A stretch of 64,000 nucleotides of DNA from Candidatus Omnitrophota bacterium (GTDB lineage: Bacteria > Omnitrophota > Gorgyraeia > Aquiviventales > Aquiviventaceae): the NCBI GenBank assembly GCA_030697665.1, contig JAUYPJ010000022.1, positions 11 to 64,010 on the forward strand, in the 5' to 3' direction. The notes under the pieces were generated by a model. That model was given only the letters and a program-made list of their open reading frames with translations. It was not told where the DNA came from and made no database searches. This document shows, piece by piece, positions 1-8,317 of the stretch. The translations under genes were made by a program, and so were the position numbers. The stretch's first letter is position 1, and each line of letters starts with the position of its first letter.

Positions 1-46
1 CGGCGAACCGAATGCGAGCCAGGCCCTGCGGCTGAGGTCGGGGAGA

Positions 47-2167
47 TCAGGAAAGCGGAGGGGCCGTCTCCACCAGTCGTTCCAGGAGGGGACGGATCGA
101 AGCGGGGATGCTCGACAGTCGGTACCCGGCACAGAATCGAAGCAGCTCCCCCTCGGATCGACGCCACCGACAGCGGGCCTTCAACTCAATCGGCGCTTCT
201 CCTGGAACCTGCAGGCGCAGGTGGATCATATCAGCGGGAGGCAACGCCTGGTCGGTTTCGAGACTGAGGCCTGCGCGGCTGATGTCTCGGAGCGCCCCGA
301 TGGTCGGGGGGTCGTCTTTCTTCCCACGTAGCTCCACGGATGCCTGCGAGATGTTCACCCGCCTGTACCGCCGGCGCTCCCCGTGGGTCCGCAGCGCCTG
401 GAGCTCCTGCTGTAGTTGGCAAGAGGCCTCCTGCAACGCCTGCCAGCGCTGCGACGTGTCCCCCACCTCCCGCTGGAGCTGGGCCAGTTGGGACTCAAGC
501 GCTGTTCGCTTGGCGCGCTCTTCTCCCAAGGACACGCCGGCCTCATCCCGCTGACGCTCGGCCTCCTCGAGACGCTTGACGTCGTCTTGCGCCGACGCCA
601 ACTGCGCCTCCAGATGACGTCCGCGCGCCCGCGACTCCCCGAGATACCACTGGCTTTCTTCCCACCGCCTTCGCAGGAGGGTGACCTCCTGTTCCCAGTG
701 CGCCAGCTCCGCCTCGTACTGACGGCGCAGCTCGCCCCGGAGCTGCTCGAGCTGGGCTTCCAACTTGGCGGACGTCGTCCGCTCTTCCCCAAGGAGCCAG
801 CTCGCCTCGTTGCGCTGCCGTCGCATGACGTCCAGCTCATCGGCATGCTGACGCAAGCTCGCCTGCAGCTCTTCCAGGCGCGCCCGGTACTGTTCCACTT
901 GCCCGGCGACGTACTCGTTCGTGGCCCCGTGACTGAGCAGCTCCATCAACTGCTCTCGACCGATCAGCGTCACACGATGGGATTTGGCCAGGCGCTGCGC
1001 GGGGATCGTCAATGATCCTGACGTCGCCAGGAACGCCTGCTCCACGTCGGTGTGGCGCAAGACGCGCACCACCTGCTCCATCGTCTGCTTTTCAAAAAAC
1101 GGTCCATTACCCACACAGAGCAGCGCGGCCTTTGAGTCCCCCTTGGTGATGACCCGCAGGGTCCCGCCGAGGGGCTGGACCAGCTCCTTCCTGGCGTCAC
1201 ACGCATAGCCCTGCCGTTCGAACGCCCGCCACACGAGCTGATCGATGAGCGCAAGTCCTGAAGGCAGCCGCTCTCGCTCCCGCCGGAGCCTCAGGCGACG
1301 TCGGAGCCGCGATCCGATCGGACTGATGGACCACACGAGCCATCCGGTCACCCCCACCGCGCAGGCGAACGTTAGGAGCACGGCCGCCCGGGAAACGGCC
1401 GATCTCACCGAACCCTCCTGGCCGGGGGATGGAAGATGCGCCGCTCGTGGCGGCTCGCTCGGCTCTCCGACCCAGACCGCCTCACGATCGGAGGCCTGGT
1501 GGGCTCGCGCGGCTCCCGTCAGCGATTCACGGGGCGAGTCAGGCGCGCGGGCATCGAGCTGCAACGCCCAGGGGATGGACGTCGCCTGGACCATCGCCTC
1601 TTGCATGGCCCGGAACCGCTCGCTCACCCCTCGCTCTTCACGTCCAGTGACGACGGTGACCCCTTGCAATCCCATCTCGACCGATTCGCTGCCGATGGAA
1701 ACTGGATGGTCGATCTCCACAATCACCCGTCCAGGCTCAGATCGAACCCGATAGGAGTAGCGCGCCCTGAGGATAATCCGGAGGGCTCGCAGAAACCGCT
1801 TCGCGCCGGAACGACCGCCCTCCCGTCGGTCATACTGGGCCCACACCGCCTGGATGACCCCCTGGCGCGTCGCCGCGCGTTCCGGCAGCGTGCCCAGGAC
1901 CCGTTTCGGAGGAAATTCGACCACGATGGTGGGGGGCCGCTCGTGGAACGTGGTCCGGATAGCCAGCGGCTCTTCTGAGTCCAGCTTGATCACCACCAGC
2001 GTCTTGCTCCTCGCCAGCGGGGACGTCTCAACGGCGGACCACCCGCTCACCGGCGCCGCCAACATCCACAGGCCCCACCACGCCGCGATCCGCGCGCGCC
2101 GATGTCGGACGAGCAACGTCGCGGAACGAACTGTCCGCGGGAGCTCAGAGGAGCTGCACGAAGTCAT
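47..2167 (-). CDS. Multidomain envelope protein: signal peptide + AMIN-like domain, TM helix, degenerate Mrr_cat-like (restriction-endonuclease fold) domain, long coiled coil, C-terminal PilZ domain
   Basis: ORF 47..2182 starts at a TTG; the first ATG is at 2167. The C-terminus has the PilZ signature RRRYRR ... DISRAG (RxxxR + DxSxxG). About 200 aa are E/Q/R/L-rich coiled coil. LIDQLVWRAFERQGY...LATSGSLT resembles Mrr_cat but lacks the catalytic D/(E/Q)xK residues. The N-terminal block LVVIKLD...RVIVEIDHP is AMIN-like. Confidence 0.6.
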   Translation of the reverse strand: MTSCSSSELPRTVRSATLLVRHRRARIAAWWGLWMLAAPVSGWSAVETSPLARSKTLVVIKLDSEEPLAIRTTFHERPPTIVVEFPPKRVLGTLPERAATRQGVIQAVWAQYDRREGGRSGAKRFLRALRIILRARYSYRVRSEPGRVIVEIDHPVSIGSESVEMGLQGVTVVTGREERGVSERFRAMQEAMVQATSIPWALQLDARAPDSPRESLTGAARAHQASDREAVWVGEPSEPPRAAHLPSPGQEGSVRSAVSRAAVLLTFACAVGVTGWLVWSISPIGSRLRRRLRLRRERERLPSGLALIDQLVWRAFERQGYACDARKELVQPLGGTLRVITKGDSKAALLCVGNGPFFEKQTMEQVVRVLRHTDVEQAFLATSGSLTIPAQRLAKSHRVTLIGREQLMELLSHGATNEYVAGQVEQYRARLEELQASLRQHADELDVMRRQRNEASWLLGEERTTSAKLEAQLEQLRGELRRQYEAELAHWEQEVTLLRRRWEESQWYLGESRARGRHLEAQLASAQDDVKRLEEAERQRDEAGVSLGEERAKRTALESQLAQLQREVGDTSQRWQALQEASCQLQQELQALRTHGERRRYRRVNISQASVELRGKKDDPPTIGALRDISRAGLSLETDQALPPADMIHLRLQVPGEAPIELKARCRWRRSEGELLRFCAGYRLSSIPASIRPLLERLVETAPPLS

Positions 2168-2819
2168 TGACCCGAATCTCAACGGCCTGCCACTCCGGCA
2201 AGACAGTGGCCGCGCTGACCCCCTCCTGCACCCGTTCCACCCGCGCCTTGGCCAATACCTGTTCGTTGCGGAGGATGGAGACCGTATCGCCGATCTTCAC
2301 GGTATCCCACCCCACATCGATGATCACAAAGTGCCAATCAGGATGAACCGACATCACCCGGCCCTGGATGGCTGTGGCGCCGGCCCGGCTGACGATCACC
2401 CGATCGAGGTGGACGGGGGAAGACGGCCCCGCGGCCTGGTGGGCCGGCTGTTGCAACGCCAGCGCCAACTCGCTCTGGAGCTGATCCATCTGGGCGCGCA
2501 TGGCGGCCAGGCGCCCTTCGAGTTCCTTCACCGTCCGGCTCTCCTCAGTCAATCGGCCCACCACCTCGTCCACCTTCACCTGCATGCCGGCGAGCGTTTC
2601 GGCGAGCTCCGCAGCGCGTTGCCGCTCATGCTCCAGGTCACTCACCAGCCGCTCATGGGACTCTTGCATGGTCCCGAAGCGTTGCTCCAACTGCCGCCGG
2701 CTTTCGACGACGGTCTGATAGCGGTGGTGGATGACGCCCAGCGCCGCGGACTCTCCCAGCACCGTTCCCACGACGACAACCCTGCCCACCACGACGAGCG
2801 CGTGCCGTTTCCAAGTCAC
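2145..2819 (-). CDS. Membrane-anchored coiled-coil protein, family not recognised
   Basis: ORF 2145..2960 was trimmed because an intrinsic terminator (2842..2874) lies inside the long version. An in-frame GTG at 2819 has GGGAGGAG 6 nt upstream. The product has a TM helix (ALVVVGRVVVVGTVLG), a coiled coil and a beta-rich C-terminal domain. Its 3' end overlaps the start of the next gene. Confidence 0.5.
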   Translation of the reverse strand: MTWKRHALVVVGRVVVVGTVLGESAALGVIHHRYQTVVESRRQLEQRFGTMQESHERLVSDLEHERQRAAELAETLAGMQVKVDEVVGRLTEESRTVKELEGRLAAMRAQMDQLQSELALALQQPAHQAAGPSSPVHLDRVIVSRAGATAIQGRVMSVHPDWHFVIIDVGWDTVKIGDTVSILRNEQVLAKARVERVQEGVSAATVLPEWQAVEIRVNDFVQLL

Positions 2820-2841
2820 CTGGCACTCCTCCCTATGGAAC

Positions 2842-2874
2842 AAAAACCCCCAAGGGACACGACACCCTTGGGGG
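2842..2874 (-). terminator. Rho-independent terminator after tRNA-Leu / LAGLIDADG gene
   Basis: The minus strand reads CCCCCAAGGG-TGTCGTGT-CCCTTGGGGG followed by TTTTTG. That is a 10-bp GC-rich stem, an 8-nt loop and a T-run. Confidence 0.75.
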
Positions 2875-2956
2875 TGAACACTGCGCACACAACCACCAAC
2901 TGCTCGCACGCCACCCTGTGCCTCGGGATGATGAGAGATGCTGTTTGAATGGACCG

Positions 2957-3667
2957 TCACACAGTAGCAAGTGTCTGATCTGTTGTCAAGATACAGGGAG
3001 GGGGGGTTGAACTTTGCCTACCACCCTCGTTAGTCTTTAGAGCCAGAAAATCCTCGAACTTTTTCCGCTTTCGATGAAGACAAAGTACTGCTCGATCGTA
3101 GTACATCCACCGACAGAGTTTCAGGCTATCAGTAATTCCGTAGCGCAACGCAAACACGGTTGGAAAGGTTGCCAGGGAACCAGGAGATAGGTGAGCATGC
3201 CGCTGCAATAGCAATTGTAACTTCTCTAAAAAGATCCGACTGCCTGAGTAGAAAGAAGCTGCTAACTGCCATGTATGTCGCCATCTGGTTTCTTTCCAAA
3301 ACCAAACAGTCCCATCGCCATCAAAATCCCCTCTCACAAAATCAGGCAGAAAAGGGAGGCTGACCTCAGGAAACCGTAACGTCTTGGATTTCCGACTTGT
3401 CAGCCCTAATTCAATGAGATCGCGGTAGATCGTCTGGTTGCGAATCTGCAACCGATAACCACGAGGTTTCCTCCCAATTTTGTGAGTTGATTTCAGGACC
3501 TCTCTGATCTGATAAAGCCATTCGTAGTCCTTCGTCGTAATATCCAATTCGTGAAGACCGTTAGGATGTTCTACAAGACAACCATCTGACGCAATGACTC
3601 CAAGAACATATGCCATGTCCCTCGACCACGAGTGAAAGAAACTGGTATCAACAGTCCGTATGGTCAT
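2957..3667 (-). CDS. Free-standing LAGLIDADG-family homing endonuclease-like protein
   Basis: 236-aa ORF in clearly AT-richer DNA. It has two LAGLIDADG-type motifs (LGVIASDGCL near aa 22, VRGDFDGDGTV near aa 111), which is the single-chain two-domain layout. It starts 20 nt downstream of tRNA-Leu. Confidence 0.7.
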   Translation of the reverse strand: MTIRTVDTSFFHSWSRDMAYVLGVIASDGCLVEHPNGLHELDITTKDYEWLYQIREVLKSTHKIGRKPRGYRLQIRNQTIYRDLIELGLTSRKSKTLRFPEVSLPFLPDFVRGDFDGDGTVWFWKETRWRHTWQLAASFYSGSRIFLEKLQLLLQRHAHLSPGSLATFPTVFALRYGITDSLKLCRWMYYDRAVLCLHRKRKKFEDFLALKTNEGGRQSSTPPPCILTTDQTLATV

Positions 3668-3687
3668 GTGGTTCCACGAGGTAAAAA

Positions 3688-3772
3688 TGGTGGGGACGAG
3701 AGGATTTGAACCTCCACCCCTTTCGGGACTACGCCCTCAACGTAGCGCGTATGCCAGTTCCGCCACGTCCCC
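3688..3772 (-). tRNA. tRNA-Leu (anticodon GAG), class II, CCA encoded
   Basis: Acceptor stem GGGGACG/CGTCCCC. 3-bp D stem with an 11-nt loop. Anticodon arm CTACG-TTGAGGG-CGTAG. 13-nt variable arm TCCCGAAAGGGGT. T arm GGAGG-TTCAAAT-CCTCT. Discriminator A followed by CCA. Confidence 0.9.
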
Positions 3773-3782
3773 ATCACACCAC

Positions 3783-5471
3783 TCAACGATCTGTACCGTC
3801 AAATCCCGTCACGGCCCCTTCGGACGCTGAGGAGACCAACGCGGCGTACTTCGCCATCACACCAGTCGTATAGCGGGGGGCGGGGATTTTCCAGCGCGCC
3901 CGACGCCGTCGCAGCTCCGCCGACGACAGCTCGACGGTGAGCCGACGCCGTTTCACATCGAACGACACCAGATCGCCGTCACGCAATAAGGCGATGGGAC
4001 CCCCGACAGCCGCCTCCGGCGCGACGTGACCGGCCATGAGGCCTCGGGTGGCCCCGGAGAAGCGCCCATCGGTCAGCAGGGCGACCGATTGACCGAGCCC
4101 CTGACCGACCAACGCCGCGGTCACCGCGAGCATCTCGCGCATCCCCGGCCCGCCCTTCGGTCCTTCGTACCGGATCACCACGACGTCCCCGGGGCGGATC
4201 TGCCGTCGCTGCACCGCGCGAAACGCCTTCTCTTCACAGTCGAAGATCCGCGCCGGACCTCGATGAGCCAACGGCTCATGCCCGGTGATCTTCACCACGC
4301 ACCCCTCACGCGCCAAGTTGCCGCGCAGTACCACGAGCCCCCCCGTCGGCCTCAAGGGATCACGCAGGGGCCGCACCACGGGCTGCCCTCGCGTCTCTGT
4401 GGCGCGCGTGGCTTCTTCGCCGATCGTGCGCCCCGTGACGGTCAACGCCCGCGGATGCAACCGGCCGGCCTCCAGCAGGCGCTTGACCACCAACCCGACC
4501 CCGCCGGCCCGATACAAATCGGTCGCCACATACCGTCCCCATGGCTTGAGATCGGCCACCAGCGGAGTCCGGCTGCTGATGCGGTCAAAGTCATCGATCA
4601 CCAGCGGCACGCCGGCTTCGCGGGCGATCGCCAACAGGTGCAACACGCTGTTGGTCGATCCGCCGGTGGCCGCCACCGCCGCAATCGCGTTCTCGATCGC
4701 CTGACGGGTCACGATGCGACGCGGGCGCAGGTCGCGGCGCAAGAGCGCCATGACCAGCTTCCCAGCGTCGCGCGCGACCGTGTCTTTGCGCGGATCCATC
4801 GCCGGCACGCTGGCCGAGCCCATCGGCGAGAGGCCCAGGACTTCGATCGCCATCGCCATGGTGTTCGCGGTAAACTGGCCCCCGCAGGCGCCGGGACCGG
4901 GACAGGCGCGATCTTCCAGCCGATGGAGGTCCTGCACGCGCATGCGGCCCGCGGCGCAGGCGCCCACGGCCTCAAACACGTCCTGAATCGTCACGTCGCG
5001 CCCGTCGAACCGGCCCGGATCGATGGAGCCGCCGTAGAGCATCAGGGAGGGCAGGTTGAGCCGCAGCAGGGCCATCACGGTGCCGGGGATGGTCTTGTCG
5101 CACCCCGAGAGCGCGACCACCCCGTCAAAGAGATGCCCGCGCACCACGAGCTCAATCGAATCGGCGATGACCTCCCGGCTGACCAGCGACGCTTTCATCC
5201 CCTCGGTGCCCATCGAGACGCCGTCGGACACCGCGATGGTGTTGAACTCGATCGGCGTGCCGCCCGCAGCCCGCACCCACGCCTTCACGCGCTCCGAGAG
5301 ACGCCGGAGGTGGAAGTTGCAGGGCATCACCTCGATCCAGGTGTTGGCAATGGCAATGAGCGGCCGCCGCAGATCTCGATCCGTCAGCCCCACCGCCTTC
5401 AACATGGCGCGGGCCGGCGCCCGATCAGGGCCGTCCAGCAGCACGCGGCTGTGACGACGCAGGTCCCTCAT
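3783..5471 (-). CDS. ilvD: Dihydroxy-acid dehydratase
   Basis: 562 aa with full-length IlvD/Edd family similarity ([29 protein letters not shown]). Confidence 0.95.
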   Translation of the reverse strand: MRDLRRHSRVLLDGPDRAPARAMLKAVGLTDRDLRRPLIAIANTWIEVMPCNFHLRRLSERVKAWVRAAGGTPIEFNTIAVSDGVSMGTEGMKASLVSREVIADSIELVVRGHLFDGVVALSGCDKTIPGTVMALLRLNLPSLMLYGGSIDPGRFDGRDVTIQDVFEAVGACAAGRMRVQDLHRLEDRACPGPGACGGQFTANTMAMAIEVLGLSPMGSASVPAMDPRKDTVARDAGKLVMALLRRDLRPRRIVTRQAIENAIAAVAATGGSTNSVLHLLAIAREAGVPLVIDDFDRISSRTPLVADLKPWGRYVATDLYRAGGVGLVVKRLLEAGRLHPRALTVTGRTIGEEATRATETRGQPVVRPLRDPLRPTGGLVVLRGNLAREGCVVKITGHEPLAHRGPARIFDCEEKAFRAVQRRQIRPGDVVVIRYEGPKGGPGMREMLAVTAALVGQGLGQSVALLTDGRFSGATRGLMAGHVAPEAAVGGPIALLRDGDLVSFDVKRRRLTVELSSAELRRRRARWKIPAPRYTTGVMAKYAALVSSASEGAVTGFDGTDR

Positions 5472-5484
5472 CAGTAGTGAAGCT

Positions 5485-5554
5485 CCGCGGCCTCAAGGCC
5501 GCGGCTTCTCGCCGGCCTCAGGACTACGCTTCATCCCCGCTCTCAAGAGCGGGG
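5485..5554. repeat. Two similar GC-rich hairpins with TCAA loops at the left island edge
   Basis: CCGCGGCC-TCAA-GGCCGCGG at 5485..5504 and CCCCGCTC-TCAA-GAGCGGGG at 5535..5554. A tandem GTCACCGGA(T)GTCACCGG unit follows at 5651..5669. Confidence 0.6.
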
Positions 5555-5670
5555 TTTCAGATGCGAATGATGACCGATCCTCGATGGGACATGGCATGGA
5601 AGGAACGCAAAGAACAGTCTAACAAATCACTCGACGCAGTTCAAGGCACTGTCACCGGATGTCACCGGAA

Positions 5671-5958
5671 TTAGGCAGTTCGATAAGTTCGTAAATACCG
5701 CCTCACATTCTCGTGATTCCCGATCACGTGGCAAATGAACAGATCCCCCTCAGCCTTCATGACAATACGAATCTTGAGTCCTACGCGAAGCTCATACTTA
5801 TCTCCGTTGATCTTTTTAAAGACATACCCCACAGGAATGGCTCCTGCGTGTAACGCTGCGAGAAAGTCTTTCAGGGCTCCCTGGGCGTGCTCTTGATCTC
5901 TTGAGGGAAGCTTCTTGAGCTGCTTCTGAAAATGTGCGGAGACTGCGAGACGTTTCAC
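5671..5958 (-). CDS. Putative RelE/ParE-superfamily toxin
   Basis: 95-aa basic protein located 8 nt downstream of an AbrB-type antitoxin gene. Size and layout fit a type II toxin. The family assignment is tentative. Confidence 0.5.
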   Translation of the reverse strand: MKRLAVSAHFQKQLKKLPSRDQEHAQGALKDFLAALHAGAIPVGYVFKKINGDKYELRVGLKIRIVMKAEGDLFICHVIGNHENVRRYLRTYRTA

Positions 5959-5966
5959 GGAAGTCG

Positions 5967-6224
5967 CTAGCTGAGCAGACGATCAATATCCTTGGAGGTA
6001 TGCAGGCGGATCCAGCCCTTTTTCTTTTCCTCTTCATGCAGCCGATCCAGGCCAGCTAACTCCTCAGAGGCATAGCGCGGTTCAAGATCGACAGGCACCA
6101 GCAGAAGCTCGTTCCCTTTGAGTTCGGCTTTCACCATCTTCTCCCGCCCCAGATTCAATCGTCGGAGCAACTCTGCCGGCAAATGCAGATCGTTTCTGGC
6201 GTTGACACGCAACGTATAGGTCAT
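5967..6224 (-). CDS. AbrB/MazE/SpoVT-type antitoxin
   Basis: The ATG (M8 of ORF 5967..6245) gives MTYTLRVNARNDLHLPAELLRRLNLGREKMVKAELKGNELLLVP, a swapped-hairpin AbrB-like fold pattern. It is paired with the downstream toxin. Confidence 0.6.
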   Translation of the reverse strand: MTYTLRVNARNDLHLPAELLRRLNLGREKMVKAELKGNELLLVPVDLEPRYASEELAGLDRLHEEEKKKGWIRLHTSKDIDRLLS

Positions 6225-6356
6225 CACACACACCCCCTTTCTCACCAGATCAAGCCTACCATATCTTCATAGCTTTTTCAATGAAGATATGAGCGAAGTT
6301 CATCTATGAAGATATCCCAGCGACAAGCCATCGAGCAGATGTCTTCCGAATTCCCG

Positions 6357-6402
6357 TCAGGGACAATCAGCATGGGGCGCCGGCCCGGATCAGCGAGGCG
6401 GG
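6357..6402. repeat. 46-nt repeat, copy 1 (upstream of the RelE-like TA cassette)
   Basis: TCAGGGACAATCAGCATGGGGCGCCGGCCCGGATCAGCGAGGCGGG. It matches 7119..7164 at 39 of 46 positions by manual alignment. Confidence 0.7.
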
Positions 6403-6455
6403 AGGCGCCGGTCTTTCTTTTTACTCTGTCGAGGTATGCGCTCAGGCATACCCTA

Positions 6456-6674
6456 CTATGAATGCGCCACCCACTGGATGTGTCGATGCGACTGCACACA
6501 GTCCCTCAGGTACAGATTAATCAGATTCTGATACGGCACTTCCATTTGATTCGCCATGGTCTTGAAATACTCCACAATATCCGCTCCCAGTCGAATCGTC
6601 ACTGGCTTCTTGAGCAGTCTGGCATACGGGTTTCGGCGGCCTTTCATCTTGGAAAACTCGTATTCTGTTCTCAT
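6456..6674 (-). CDS. brnA: BrnA-family antitoxin
   Basis: The internal ATG at 6674 overlaps the BrnT stop (ATGA). The product MRTEYEFSKMKGRRNPYARLLKKPVTIRLGADIVEYFK... is typical of BrnA (CopG-like). Confidence 0.75.
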   Translation of the reverse strand: MRTEYEFSKMKGRRNPYARLLKKPVTIRLGADIVEYFKTMANQMEVPYQNLINLYLRDCVQSHRHIQWVAHS

Positions 6675-6964
6675 GCGTGTTCCCTCCGATAATGTTTCGC
6701 TTCGTGGCGTGTGGCCCTTCTCGCTGAAATAATTCTGATCACCGACTGCGCCTCTCTGAGGCAATGACATACGACCAAGAGACGTAACGTGAAACTCACG
6801 CCGAGCATGATAAACCGATCCTCCCGCTCCGAGTGGTCGGGATCGAAGAACTCGAGGGCATGCTCATCGTAAAACACCGTCTGCGCCTCTTCGAACGAGA
6901 CGCCATGCTTCCTTTTATTCAGCGCGGCCTTTGCTCTGTCCCAATCGAAGCGGATATCATTCAT
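6671..6964 (-). CDS. brnT: BrnT-family (DUF497) toxin
   Basis: MNDIRFDWDRAKAALNKRKHGVSFEEAQTVFYDE...RIISARRAT matches the BrnT/DUF497 pattern. Confidence 0.85.
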   Translation of the reverse strand: MNDIRFDWDRAKAALNKRKHGVSFEEAQTVFYDEHALEFFDPDHSEREDRFIMLGVSFTLRLLVVCHCLREAQSVIRIISARRATRHEAKHYRREHA

Positions 6965-7118
6965 ATGTACAATGTCAATATACCACTCCTGTGGGATATG
7001 TTCAAGAATTTCTCAAGAGCATGGGGTCGGTTACCAGATTGGCGCCCAGCAAGGCCCGCTGACCTGAAAAGCGGGAGGCGTTCCACATGCGCCAGCTCCC
7101 GCGGCGTTGATTTGCCCA

Positions 7119-7164
7119 TCAGGGAAAATCAGCGTGGGGTGCCAGCCCAGACCAGCTAGGCGGG
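7119..7164. repeat. 46-nt repeat, copy 2 (upstream of the BrnTA cassette)
   Basis: TCAGGGAAAATCAGCGTGGGGTGCCAGCCCAGACCAGCTAGGCGGG. See copy 1 at 6357..6402. Confidence 0.7.
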
Positions 7165-7351
7165 CCGACGTAGGAGGTCTCCAGTTTTCTCCTGCGCTTC
7201 CCTCAACGTGTCCCTTCGGAACCCGGTACGGGTTTTTGCTACTGGACACGAACCTGCTGGGGCGCAGTCCCTCCAAGTGTAAAGGGACCGTCTGCTGCAA
7301 TGGCTGGATCGACCCGGAAACCTTGAATGATCCCAATGCCGCGATCACCCG

Positions 7352-8311
7352 TCAGATCCGGTTATTCTTCGCCAGCCTCCAGTAATACCGTCCCGACGCC
7401 GTAAGTCGGCAGGCCTTCGATTGCATGGCGGCATCATACATGTGCGGAGCATCGACAGGCACGACCAAGTGCACGCGTTGAAGCGCTTGGAGCTTGCAAA
7501 AGATCGCTGTTTTGACAGCCTCCTTTGCCTCGCACGTGTGTTCGAACGCGGGTGTGAGCGGCAGATCCTCAGCGGGCACGGGGAATATGGTCGGCAACTC
7601 GCGCAGGATCGCAAGATCTACGACGGGTTTGCATTTTCGGAGTGGGAGGACTTTCGAGACGTGGGACTTGAATAGGGGGCGCTGGTCCCACGCGCCGAGC
7701 GCGCCCTCGACGAATGCGTAGATTGCCGGGGCGGTTACGTCGCCCAGCACGTCTGCCGCACCACCTTCGAGGGCGTCCGCAACGAGTGAAGTAAACAGCC
7801 CCGCACCGCTGGCCTCGACCGACACCTGGTCACCACGGCTAGCAGTGAGGATCGACATGCCCTCTCGGAGCATCGCTCTGGCATTATTAACTACCGGGGG
7901 ATTACCGAGATTTCCCGCATGGCAGCAATCGAGAATAATCACGACTTCCTCGGTCTTTGAGTCGTTCGCCATCTTGAGGACTTCGCTCATCGCGAGTCCT
8001 TCATCGTAGGCAGCGGCATCCTGCGTCACAAGATAGCCATCTAGATCGTTCACCGTGCCGTGCCCGGAGAAATGTAGCAGCGCGACCTCGGCGGGTTGCG
8101 CGAACAACTCCTTGACGGCTTTCCGTAATTCCGGCCGGCCGACCTTGTCACCCTTTCCGTCGAGCGTGGCCCTCATCGAACGGCAATCAAAGTCAGGCGT
8201 ACCGTCCTCGTGCTTGCGGAGCAATGATGCCATGCGGTCGGCATCATTGACGCATCCTCGCAACTCGCCGAACGGGTAAAAATCGATGCCGACGCAGAGG
8301 GCACGGCGCAT
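7352..8311 (-). CDS. Caspase-like (peptidase C14) protease with an unassigned ~100-aa C-terminal domain
   Basis: The catalytic dyad contexts are intact: LLHFSGHGTV (His) and VIILDCCHAGN (Cys). The N-terminus RALCVGIDFY...CVNDA is typical of C14. The gene lies 6 nt downstream of the TIR-like gene. Confidence 0.9.
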   Translation of the reverse strand: MRRALCVGIDFYPFGELRGCVNDADRMASLLRKHEDGTPDFDCRSMRATLDGKGDKVGRPELRKAVKELFAQPAEVALLHFSGHGTVNDLDGYLVTQDAAAYDEGLAMSEVLKMANDSKTEEVVIILDCCHAGNLGNPPVVNNARAMLREGMSILTASRGDQVSVEASGAGLFTSLVADALEGGAADVLGDVTAPAIYAFVEGALGAWDQRPLFKSHVSKVLPLRKCKPVVDLAILRELPTIFPVPAEDLPLTPAFEHTCEAKEAVKTAIFCKLQALQRVHLVVPVDAPHMYDAAMQSKACRLTASGRYYWRLAKNNRI

Positions 8312-8317
8312 GGTTGA

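Noticed and set aside
4026-5477. Long plus-strand ORFs antisense to annotated genes. Examples: 4026..5477, 1854..2948, 10794..11726, 22718..23845, 34930..36306, 38230..39426, 44438..46081, 46078..47511, 49493..50872, 52729..53835, 57461..58510, 58710..59987.
   Set aside because: Their products are low-complexity and R/P/G/A/H-rich with no motifs, and each lies opposite a gene with clear family signatures. These are typical shadow ORFs of GC-rich DNA.
5477-5674. 65-aa plus-strand ORF between ilvD and the RelE-like gene.
   Set aside because: It is made up largely of the two hairpin sequences, with no SD and no homology pattern.
7031-7348. ORFs 7031..7348 (-), 7107..7385 (+) and 6278..6499 (-) in the spacers between TA cassettes.
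   Set aside because: They have no motifs. The only conserved segment between them is the 46-nt nucleotide repeat, which is equally conserved in all frames. They are more likely non-coding.
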